This document shows, piece after piece, positions 7,403 to 14,397 of a stretch of DNA of 24,000 bases. The stretch covers positions 16,038 to 40,037 of the forward strand of contig JAKPJZ010000199.1 in the NCBI GenBank assembly GCA_029553955.1, read 5' to 3'. Source of the DNA: Chloroflexota bacterium. Lineage in GTDB: Bacteria; Chloroflexota; Anaerolineae; SpSt-313. Under the pieces are notes generated by a model that was not told where the DNA came from, made no database searches, and saw nothing but the letters and a program-made list of their open reading frames with translations. Every line of letters begins with the position of its first letter. Within the stretch, counting starts at the first letter, position 1. Position numbers and translations under genes: made by a program.

Positions 7403-7702
7403 ATGGGGAGACTCGAAATACAGCGTGAGTATCCGGGGAAATCGCCGAGTGAGTGCTATCAGGCCTGCATCCGAGCCGCAACGGCGGCCGGGTATTCGAT
7501 CTTCAAGAAACGTGAGATTGCTTCTCTTGTGATCTGCCAGGGTTTCATCCAAGGCGCTCCGGTGGAGTTGAGCCTGATGGTTCCACTCGGGACTCCAACA
7601 CGGGTGCAACTGTCCCTAAGCGGTGATCGTTGCGACCAAGAAGCTTTGGTGCGTGAGTCAGAACGCCTGTGTGAGATTTTGGAATTGGAGGTAAAGAGGT
7701 AA
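7403..7702 (+). CDS. hypothetical 99-aa protein, no family recognised
   Basis: ATG lies 8 nt after the EIIB stop, with GAGGG 5 nt upstream. It is tightly packed in the operon between the EIIB and SgcQ-like genes. No motif I can recognise. Confidence 0.6.
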   Translation: MGRLEIQREYPGKSPSECYQACIRAATAAGYSIFKKREIASLVICQGFIQGAPVELSLMVPLGTPTRVQLSLSGDRCDQEALVRESERLCEILELEVKR

Positions 7703-7751
7703 GAAGCACTCAGGCGCCAACGGTGAGCAGAGAATCTATGGAGGCATTGTC

Positions 7752-8567
7752 GTGAGTGATTGGATCCAGTCCCTGTTTGGCGTGAGCAAGCCCATCATCG
7801 CCATGTGCCACCTGCAGGCGCTGCCCGGCGACCCGGGCTACGACCACACAGGTGGCATGGAACGCGTCGTCGCCGAGGGCCGCGCCGACGTCCTGGCGCT
7901 GCAGGAGGGCGGCGTCGATGCCATCATGTTTTCCAACGAGTTCAGCCGGCCCTATCTGACGGCTGTGGAGACGGTGACCGTGGCGGCCATGGGCCGCGTC
8001 ATCGGCGAGCTCTTGCCTGAAATCAGCGTGCCCTTTGGAGTCAACGTCCTCTGGGATCCCATGGCCTCGCTCGACCTGGCCGTAGCCACCGGCGCTCGTT
8101 TTGTGCGCGAAATCTTTACCGGCGCCTATGCCTCGGATTTCGGCGTGTGGAACACCAACTGCGGCGCTGTCGCGCGTCACCGGCATGCGGTCGGGGCCCA
8201 AGATGTCAGGCTGCTCTTCAACATCTTTCCCGAGGCTGCCGCCTACCTGGCGCCCCGCACCCCGACCGACATTGCCCGGAGCACCGTCTTCAACGCCATG
8301 CCCGATGGCATCTGCGTCTCGGGTCTGACGGCAGGGGCCGAGACCGATCATAGCCTCCTGGCGCAGGTCAAACAGGCCGTGCCCAGCACGCCCGTCTTTG
8401 CCAACACCGGCGTCCGGCCCGATACCGTGGCCACCCAACTCGCCGTGGCCGACGGCGCCATCGTCGGCACCTATTTCAAGCGCGATGGCCACACCTGGAA
8501 CCCGGTCGATGTCGAGCGCGTGCGCGAGCTCATGGCCGTGGTACGTGCCTTCCGGCAGCAGTGCTAG
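7752..8567 (+). CDS. sgcQ: BtpA/SgcQ family TIM-barrel protein
   Basis: KPIIAMCHLQALPGDP...GGVDAIMFSNEFSRPYL...PFGVNVLWDP...FVREIFTGAYASDFGVWNTN closely follows my recollection of E. coli SgcQ and the BtpA family. GTG start with GGAGG 7 nt upstream. Confidence 0.9.
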   Translation: MSDWIQSLFGVSKPIIAMCHLQALPGDPGYDHTGGMERVVAEGRADVLALQEGGVDAIMFSNEFSRPYLTAVETVTVAAMGRVIGELLPEISVPFGVNVLWDPMASLDLAVATGARFVREIFTGAYASDFGVWNTNCGAVARHRHAVGAQDVRLLFNIFPEAAAYLAPRTPTDIARSTVFNAMPDGICVSGLTAGAETDHSLLAQVKQAVPSTPVFANTGVRPDTVATQLAVADGAIVGTYFKRDGHTWNPVDVERVRELMAVVRAFRQQC

Positions 8568-8584
8568 TCCTACCTCTCGCGAGT

Positions 8585-8613
8585 TTGACCAGTTCCTGGA
8601 ATACTGCTATGGT
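8585..8613 (+). promoter_or_regulatory. near-consensus promoter TTGACC-N17-(TGc)TATGGT firing into MITE-like copy 2 and the EIIB-2/EIIC-2 genes
   Basis: TTGACC at 8585-8590, a 17-nt spacer ending in TGC, then TATGGT at 8608-8613. It has the same architecture as the minus-strand promoter at 23574-23602. Confidence 0.45.
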
Positions 8614-8615
8614 GA

Positions 8616-8861
8616 CAGTACTTACGCGGTTGCTCGGAACAGCGCCAGCCACTGCGGGGTTCCCATCCCCCCACCCCCCTTCCGGCCGCGGCGGGAAGGG
8701 GGAGGTCTCAGTATGGGGGTTTGGGCGGGCGCTACGCGCCCGCCCAAACCCCTTGCCCCGCCAGGGGCCCATTTCCTCCAGTCTCCCCGCCCCCGGCGCG
8801 GGGGCGGGGCCGGGGGTGGGGGGTCCTACCGCGCGCGAGACCGCCGACCGCGTAAGTACTA
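8616..8861 (+). repeat. MITE-like, TIR-bounded, multi-hairpin G/C-tract element, copy 2
   Basis: Perfect 14-bp TIR AGTACTTACGCGGT (8617-8630) / ACCGCGTAAGTACT (8847-8860), flanked by the 8-bp direct repeat TATGGTGA (8608-8615 and 8862-8869). Perfect 17-bp hairpin 8716-8732/8736-8752 with a TAC loop. CCCCGCCCCC/GGGGGCGGGG hairpin. C-tract 8667-8679 is complementary to GGGGGTGGGGGG at 8812-8823. Confidence 0.75.
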
Positions 8862-9151
8862 TATGGTGAGCGCCGATCTTCGGCTGCCGGAGGAGATGGC
8901 CGAGCGCATGCGCTTGGCAGGCGTCGAGCTGCGCCTGGCAGGCGATGCCCTCACACACGGCGACGCCGAGCAGTGAGCGGCAGCGGACCTCTGCCGCCCC
9001 ACACAGCAAAGAGAGGAGGGTGCATGGCCCAACAGTGCGGCGCCGAGTTGCCGCCTTCTGCCGACGCCCTGGCCCCGCAGGGCCTATCGCTGGGCTGGCG
9101 CCCCGGCGCGGCTGGCGCGTCGGGCCACATCCGTTGATCCGAGGAGCAAGC

Positions 9152-9442
9152 ATGATGAAGAGAGTCTACCTCGTGTGTGGGACCGGTATCGCCACCTCGA
9201 GCATGCTGCGAGCCAAGATTGAAGACTTTTTGGACGACCATGGCATCCGGGTCACAATCACCCAGCACCGGGTGGCCGAGCTGAACGCCAAGAGGATCGA
9301 CGCCGATCTCATCGTCGCCACGACCATCATCCCTCCCGACATCAAAGAGGTGGTCACCGTGCTCGACGGGATACCTCTGATCACGGGCATCGGACAGGAC
9401 AAGTTCTTCCAGGAGCTGCTCAGGCTTCTGCAAGAACGGTGA
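9152..9442 (+). CDS. PTS EIIB component, galactitol family (GatB/SgcB type), paralog 2
   Basis: MMKRVYLVCGTGIATS carries the active-site Cys. GAGGAG RBS at 9141-9146. The ORF-track extension back to 8945 is rejected. Confidence 0.9.
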   Translation: MMKRVYLVCGTGIATSSMLRAKIEDFLDDHGIRVTITQHRVAELNAKRIDADLIVATTIIPPDIKEVVTVLDGIPLITGIGQDKFFQELLRLLQER

Positions 9443-9461
9443 CAGCAAAGGAGCTCTGACC

Positions 9462-10850
9462 ATGGAAGCGATACTGCAATCCATTGGCGATTTTCTCAAC
9501 AATCTCAGCCCGTTGATTGTCCTCCCTATCGTGGTCATGGTCCTCGGCCTGGTGCTGGGCCAGCGCCCAGATCGCGCCTTCCGCAGCGGCCTGCTGACGG
9601 CCGTAGCGTTTGTCGGTATCTTTCTCACCGTGGGCCTGCTCGGCGAAAAGATCAGCACCATCGGCCAGGCGTTCGCCCAGCGCACCGGGACGGGGCTGGA
9701 CGTCATTGACATTGGCTGGCCGGCCGCCTCGGCCCTGGCCTTTGCCACCCCGGTGGGCAATCTCATCATCCCCATCGGCATCGCGCTCAACATCATCCTC
9801 CTGGTCTTGGGCCTCACCCAGACTCTGGATGTGGACATCTGGAACTTTTGGCATGCTGCCTTCCTGGGCGCCATCGTGAACCTGGCCACCGGCAGCCTGG
9901 CCCTCGGCTTGATCGCTGCGGCCATCGCCCAGGTCATTGCCTTCTTCCTGGCCGACTGGTCGGCGCCGCTGATCAGCAAGTACTTCAAGTTGCCGGGGGT
10001 CTCCATCCCCCACCTGCAATCTGCCGGCTGCATGCTCCTGGCCGTGCCTTTTGCGTTGCTCATCAACCGCATCCCCTTCCTCAAGAAGCTGCAGCTCAAC
10101 CCTGATCGCATCCGCAAGCGCCTCGGCGTGCTCGGTGAGCCCATTGTCTTGGGCCTGGTGATCGGCGTCCTGCTCGCCTGGCTGGCCGGCGAGTCGCTGA
10201 CCGAAGTCCTCACCACCGGCATCAACATCGCGGCGGTCATGGTGCTCGTCCCGCGCATGGTGGGCATCCTGATGGAAGGGCTGACGCCGGTGGCCGATGC
10301 GGCGCGTGAGTTCATGACCAAGCGCTTTGCAGGCCGCAAGTTCCACATCGGCCTCGACTCGGCCGTGCTCATCGGCAGCCCGGCGGTGATCGCCAGCGGC
10401 CTGCTGATGGTGCCCATCGAGCTCGTGCTCGCCCTGTTGCTCGCGTCAGTGGGCAACCGGACGCTGCCTTTCATCGACCTGGCCGATGGCGTCTTTGTGA
10501 CCGCCATGCTGGCCCCGCTGGTGGCAGGCGACGTGCTGCTTACCGTCATCCTGGGCGCCATCGTCATGGGTGTGGGCCTGATCTTCACCACGCTCCTGGC
10601 CCCGGCCATAACGAACATGATCGCCACCACCGCCATCAGTGTCGATATCCCCACCGGCTTTGCGACCTACACGGTGATGAGCGACGCGGCCACCCCGCCG
10701 ACCTACGCCCTGTACTATCTCTTCCAGACGCCGGAGGCTGTAGCGATTATCGTTGGCCTCTTGGTGCTGGTGGGCCTGTACTTCCTGAAGGTCAAGTTCC
10801 CGCTTGGCGACAAGCTGTTCGCGCAGGAGGAAGAGCTCGACGCGCGCTAG
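9462..10850 (+). CDS. PTS galactitol-family EIIC permease (GatC/SgcC type), paralog 2
   Basis: 462 aa. Shares conserved blocks with paralog 1 and GatC (LDVDIWNFWHAAF, GVSIPH, LGEP, LPFIDLA). AAGGAG RBS. Confidence 0.92.
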   Translation: MEAILQSIGDFLNNLSPLIVLPIVVMVLGLVLGQRPDRAFRSGLLTAVAFVGIFLTVGLLGEKISTIGQAFAQRTGTGLDVIDIGWPAASALAFATPVGNLIIPIGIALNIILLVLGLTQTLDVDIWNFWHAAFLGAIVNLATGSLALGLIAAAIAQVIAFFLADWSAPLISKYFKLPGVSIPHLQSAGCMLLAVPFALLINRIPFLKKLQLNPDRIRKRLGVLGEPIVLGLVIGVLLAWLAGESLTEVLTTGINIAAVMVLVPRMVGILMEGLTPVADAAREFMTKRFAGRKFHIGLDSAVLIGSPAVIASGLLMVPIELVLALLLASVGNRTLPFIDLADGVFVTAMLAPLVAGDVLLTVILGAIVMGVGLIFTTLLAPAITNMIATTAISVDIPTGFATYTVMSDAATPPTYALYYLFQTPEAVAIIVGLLVLVGLYFLKVKFPLGDKLFAQEEELDAR

Positions 10851-10881
10851 CCCGCGCGCCCGGCTCCAGGACTGTGTTCTC

Positions 10882-10907
10882 GGGGGGCCGTCACGCGGCG
10901 GCCCCCC
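10882..10907 (+). terminator. GC-rich hairpin just after the EIIC-2 stop (no U-tract; weak terminator or RNA-stability element)
   Basis: GGGGGGCCG (10882-10890) pairs with CGGCCCCCC (10899-10907) around an 8-nt loop. Confidence 0.3.
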
Positions 10908-10977
10908 ACCAGTTGCAGCGACGTGCTGCAGGCGTGCGTGTTTGAGGTGAGCCTTGGTCAGGGAAGTTGTCAGGTAC

Positions 10978-11385
10978 ATGCTTGGGCCATCGGGCGTCCG
11001 TGTCCTCGAGTTCTACATCGCCCACAGCGCTGCAATCAACGGCCTGGTCGTGCTGTACGCCATCCTCCTGCTTGTGGCCCGCCTCAACCTGCGCCGCATC
11101 GAGGAGCGGGCCGTCAGGCAGGTGCAACGACAGCTCGATGCTGCCGGCTACACCGGCGATAGGCGTGCTCGGGCTCATCCGCCGGCTGCCGACCTGGCCT
11201 GGCCCGAGATCGTGGCGCAGGGCTCCCGCTTTCCCCTGGTCGTTGGCGCCAAGGGCTGGTATCCCCGTCTGGCCACGCCGGACAATGTGGCGCGGCTGCT
11301 TCCCGTGCAGGCGCTCGTCGAGCGGGCGCTCGCCGCGCGCAGGGCTGCTGCAGCGGCCACAGACCCAGAGGACAAGACAGGATGA
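10978..11385 (+). CDS. hypothetical protein with one N-terminal hydrophobic helix, no family recognised
   Basis: ORF 10954 (TTG)/10978 (ATG)..11385. G/C-rich third codon positions resemble neighbouring genes. Predicted TM segment AINGLVVLYAILLLVA. Its stop overlaps the epimerase start (ATGA), which suggests translational coupling. Confidence 0.55.
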   Translation: MLGPSGVRVLEFYIAHSAAINGLVVLYAILLLVARLNLRRIEERAVRQVQRQLDAAGYTGDRRARAHPPAADLAWPEIVAQGSRFPLVVGAKGWYPRLATPDNVARLLPVQALVERALAARRAAAAATDPEDKTG

Positions 11386-12068
11386 GCGCGGGCAAGACCG
11401 TCAGCATCTCACCTTCGCTTGCCGCGGCCCCCATGGACCGTCTCGGCCAGGTTGTGCGCGAACTGGAGGCGGCCGGGGCCGACATGATCCACTTTGACGT
11501 CGAGGACGGCAGTTTCGCGCCTGTCATGACGTTGGGCACCAAGCTGATCGGCGATCTGCGGCCGCTCAGCCGCCTGCCGTTCGATGTGCATCTGATGATG
11601 GTCAACCCCGAATGGATCATCCCCCAACTGGTGCGTGATGGGGCCAATCGCATCGCTGTGCACTATGAGGCGTGTCCCTACCCGCGGCGTACCCTGCGCT
11701 TGATTGCCGGCGCCGGCGCGCTTGCCGGCCTGGCCTTCAACCCGGCCACCCCTGTGCCCCACCTGGAGTACCTGCGGCCCTACCTGGGCTTTGTGCTCAT
11801 CCTCACCTCAGAGCCGGAGCTGCCCGACGCCGCGTACCTCGCCGACGGGCTGCGCAAGTTGCGCCAGGCGCGTATGCTGCCCGGGCTGGAGGGGCTCGAA
11901 TGGGTGGTGGACGGCGGCCTCAACGCGGCGAACCTGTCCGAGGCGGGCGAGGCAGGGGCCGATACGGTGGTGATCGGCAGAGCAGTCTTCCAGGGGGGGC
12001 AGATTGCCGCCAATCTCGCGAGGCTACGTGGAGCTCTGCGCGGGGCAGAGCCGGAGGGAGAATCGTGA
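11382..12068 (+). CDS. ribulose-phosphate 3-epimerase family protein (SgcE/AlsE-like ketose-phosphate 3-epimerase)
   Basis: ISPSLAAAP...GADMIHFDVEDGSFAP...FDVHLMM...LAFNPATP...LTSEPE...VDGG matches the RPE-fold signature. The DxEDxSF and FNPATP/TSEP blocks resemble my recollection of SgcE more than canonical Rpe. Confidence 0.88.
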   Translation: MSAGKTVSISPSLAAAPMDRLGQVVRELEAAGADMIHFDVEDGSFAPVMTLGTKLIGDLRPLSRLPFDVHLMMVNPEWIIPQLVRDGANRIAVHYEACPYPRRTLRLIAGAGALAGLAFNPATPVPHLEYLRPYLGFVLILTSEPELPDAAYLADGLRKLRQARMLPGLEGLEWVVDGGLNAANLSEAGEAGADTVVIGRAVFQGGQIAANLARLRGALRGAEPEGES

Positions 12069-12577
12069 CTTCCCAGCTTGATGGGCTGCTCAGCGAAAGG
12101 ACGATTGCCACAGGCCTGGTATGCCAGGGCGCCGAAGAGGCGATCAGAGCTTTGGCGGCCCTGCTCGTGGCTGAAGGCTGCGTGGCGCCGGCCTTTGCCG
12201 ATGACGTCTGGGCGCGCGAGCAAGTGTACCCGACCGGACTGCCTACCGAGCCGGTCCGGGTCGCCCTGCCCCATGCCGACCCGGATCATGTTCTGCGCAC
12301 CGCGATCGCCGTGGCCGTGCTGGCGCAGCCGGTCGCCTTTGGCGAGATGGGCAGCGATGGGTCGTCGACTCTGCCGGTCGAGATCCTGTTCATGTTGGCG
12401 ATCAAAGAGCGCGAGAAGCAGGTCGGGATGATCTGTGCCGTGGCCGAGACGATCCAGTCGCCGCAGTTGCTGCAGGGCCTGATGCGCGCGGCCGGGCCTC
12501 ATCAAGTGCTCGAGCTGCTCGTGGGCCGCGCCGGTAGCGATGTGGATGACAGCAGGCCGAGTGGCTCACCGCATTGA
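12065..12577 (+). CDS. PTS EIIA component, type 2 (GatA/SgcA / mannitol-fructose class)
   Basis: GTG 12065 overlaps the epimerase stop (GTGA), with a GGAGGGA RBS. YPTGLPTEPVRVALPHAD carries the phosphorylatable His typical of PTS_EIIA_2. The long in-frame upstream extension (from 11672) overlaps the epimerase and is rejected. Confidence 0.85.
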   Translation: MTSQLDGLLSERTIATGLVCQGAEEAIRALAALLVAEGCVAPAFADDVWAREQVYPTGLPTEPVRVALPHADPDHVLRTAIAVAVLAQPVAFGEMGSDGSSTLPVEILFMLAIKEREKQVGMICAVAETIQSPQLLQGLMRAAGPHQVLELLVGRAGSDVDDSRPSGSPH

Positions 12578-12592
12578 CTGCCAGGCTCCGAC

Positions 12593-12622
12593 GCCCAGAA
12601 GCCGCCTGTGACGGCCAGGGGG
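12593..12622 (+). repeat. conserved ~30-nt intergenic motif, copy 2 (GCCCAGAAGCCGCCTGTGACGGCCAGGGGG)
   Basis: Differs from 5094-5124 at about three positions. Its G-run ends 7 nt before the xylB ATG. Confidence 0.4.
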
Positions 12623-12629
12623 TGACGCC

Positions 12630-14132
12630 ATGCCCTATCTCCTCGGCATCGACATCGGCACCTCACGCGCCAAGGCCGTGCTCATCGATCTCGATGGGAA
12701 TCTGCTGGGTGTAGCCGGCAAGGACTATGCTATCGATCAGCCCCAGGCGGGCTGGGCCGAGCAGGACCCGGAGGCCTGGTGGCGCGCCGCGACGCTGGCG
12801 GTGCGCCAGGCGCTCGCCGTGGCGGGCGCTGCTCCGGGCGGGGTGGTGGCCATCGGCCTGGCGGGGCAGATGCACGGCGCCGTGCTGTTGTTGCCCGACG
12901 GCCGGCCCGCCCGGGCGGCCATCATCTGGCCCGACCGGCGCTCGCCGGCGCAGGTGGAACGGGCTACGCGCGCGGTCGGCCTGACGCGCCTGGGCCGCCT
13001 CACCGGCAATCGCCTGGCGGTGGGCATGGCGGCGGCCAGCCTGCTGTGGTTGCGCGACCACGAGCCGGATACGCTGGCCGCGGCCGACAGACTGGTCCTG
13101 CCAAAGGACTATGTCGGCCTCAAGCTCACCGGCCGCGTGGCCACCGATGTCAGCGATGCCTCGGGCACGCTGCTCTACGACACGGCGCGGCGCCGCTGGG
13201 CGACCGAGTTGCTGGCCGAGTGGAAGCTGCCCCACTGGCTGCTGCCCGAGGTGCTGGAGTCGAGCGAGGTCGCTGGCCGGCTGCGCGCCGAAGCGGCCGA
13301 GGCGCTGGGGCTCGCCGCGGGGACGCTCGTCGTTGCCGGCGGTGCCGACCAGGCCTGCCAGGCGCTGGGCTCGGGGCTCATCGACCCTGGCCTCGCCTCC
13401 TGCACCATCGGCACCGGCGGCCAATTGCTCGCGCCCCTCGCCGCGCCGCTCCACGACCCCGAGCTGCGCCTGCACACCTTTTGCCATGCCTTGCCCGGCC
13501 GCTGGTACTCGATGGGCGCCACCCTGGCGGCGGGCCTCTCGCTGGGCTGGTTCCGCGAGCGGTTCGCCCCGGCCGGGATGACCTTTGACGAGTTGGCGCA
13601 GGAGGCGGCCACGGTGCCTGCCGGGGCCGAGGGGCTGATCTTTTTGCCCTACCTGGTGGGCGAGCGCACGCCGCACTTTGACCCCGGCGCGCGCGGCGCC
13701 TTTATCGGCCTGACGCTGGCCCACGGCCGCGGCCACGCCGTGCGGGCCATCATGGAAGGCGTCGCCTTTGCCCTGCGCGACTCGCTCGAGCTCATGCGCG
13801 CCCTTGGCCCCGGCCCCGCCGAGATTGTCGCCGCGGGTGGGGGCGGCGCCGGGCAACCCTGGCAGGGCATCCTCGCCTCGGTCTTTGGCCTGCCGGTGAT
13901 GACGGCCAGCGGCCCAGAGCGCACCGCCGCCGGCGCGGCCCTGCTCGCCGGCCTCGGCGCCGGGCTCTACGCCGGCCCCGCCGAGGCGCGCGCCCGCGCC
14001 GTGCGCTACGAGCCTGCCGTCGAGCCCCGGCCTGCCGACGCTGCCCGCTACCAGGAGCTGTACGCCCTCTACCGCGAGCTGTATCCCGCCCTCAAGCAGA
14101 GCTCTGCCATACTGGGCCAAGCGCGAGACTGA
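12630..14132 (+). CDS. xylB: xylulokinase (FGGY carbohydrate kinase family)
   Basis: 500 aa. YLLGIDIGTSRAKAVLID...GWAEQDPEAWW...GGADQACQALG...YLVGERTPH are the typical FGGY/XylB motifs. Confidence 0.88.
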   Translation: MPYLLGIDIGTSRAKAVLIDLDGNLLGVAGKDYAIDQPQAGWAEQDPEAWWRAATLAVRQALAVAGAAPGGVVAIGLAGQMHGAVLLLPDGRPARAAIIWPDRRSPAQVERATRAVGLTRLGRLTGNRLAVGMAAASLLWLRDHEPDTLAAADRLVLPKDYVGLKLTGRVATDVSDASGTLLYDTARRRWATELLAEWKLPHWLLPEVLESSEVAGRLRAEAAEALGLAAGTLVVAGGADQACQALGSGLIDPGLASCTIGTGGQLLAPLAAPLHDPELRLHTFCHALPGRWYSMGATLAAGLSLGWFRERFAPAGMTFDELAQEAATVPAGAEGLIFLPYLVGERTPHFDPGARGAFIGLTLAHGRGHAVRAIMEGVAFALRDSLELMRALGPGPAEIVAAGGGGAGQPWQGILASVFGLPVMTASGPERTAAGAALLAGLGAGLYAGPAEARARAVRYEPAVEPRPADAARYQELYALYRELYPALKQSSAILGQARD

Positions 14133-14151
14133 ACCACTAGACGCAGATTCT

Positions 14152-14253
14152 GCGCCAAGCAGAGGCGGCTCCCACGCCGCCGGGCTCAGTCGGTGGCAGA
14201 GGGCGTCTCCCACAGCCAAGACCGGCGGCATGGGAGCCGCCTCTGCTTGGCGC
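14152..14253 (+). terminator. very long hairpin 20 nt downstream of xylB (32-nt arms, 31/32 complementary, 38-nt loop); probable transcription or stability barrier built from a short dispersed repeat
   Basis: GCGCCAAGCAGAGGCGGCTCCCACGCCGCCGG (14152-14183) pairs with CCGGCGGCATGGGAGCCGCCTCTGCTTGGCGC (14222-14253). The loop contains a degenerate third copy of the unit. No U-tract follows. Confidence 0.5.
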
Positions 14254-14342
14254 GGAAAACGGAAAGGGCACAGAGAGCCGTTGTTCCCCTTGGTGTTCTT
14301 TGGTGTTCCCCAGCCCCGTCCACGGGCCGGCTTGCAGGGGCC

Positions 14343-14371
14343 TTGACAGCCGCGGCTCACTGTGGCATAGT
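14343..14371 (+). promoter_or_regulatory. putative promoter TTGACA-N17-(TGg)CATAGT
   Basis: Perfect -35 at 14343-14348, a 17-nt spacer with a TGn extended -10, then CATAGT at 14366-14371. Upstream of tsaE. Confidence 0.4.
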
Positions 14372-14397
14372 CGCCCTCAGCATGCGTGATGCGCAAG

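Noticed and set aside
7710-8492. 260-aa minus-strand ORF opposite the sgcQ-like gene
   Set aside because: It is a shadow ORF. The plus frame matches the BtpA/SgcQ family along its whole length.
8951-10654. 567-aa minus-strand ORF antisense to EIIB-2/EIIC-2, plus the nested 9420..10346 ORF
   Set aside because: It is a shadow ORF rich in M/R/P/S/T with no recognisable domain. The plus strand encodes convincing PTS proteins with RBSs.
14290-14308. Tandem TTGGTGTTC x2, and tandem TTCGTGCTCCAG x2 at 17567-17594
   Set aside because: These are real but tiny direct duplications with no obvious partner sites or context. They are too short to interpret.
12663-14396. 577-aa minus-strand ORF and several 85-270 aa ORFs overlapping xylB
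   Set aside because: These are antisense or off-frame ORFs in a very GC-rich gene with Arg/Gly/Ala/Pro-rich nonsense composition. The XylB frame carries all the FGGY motifs.
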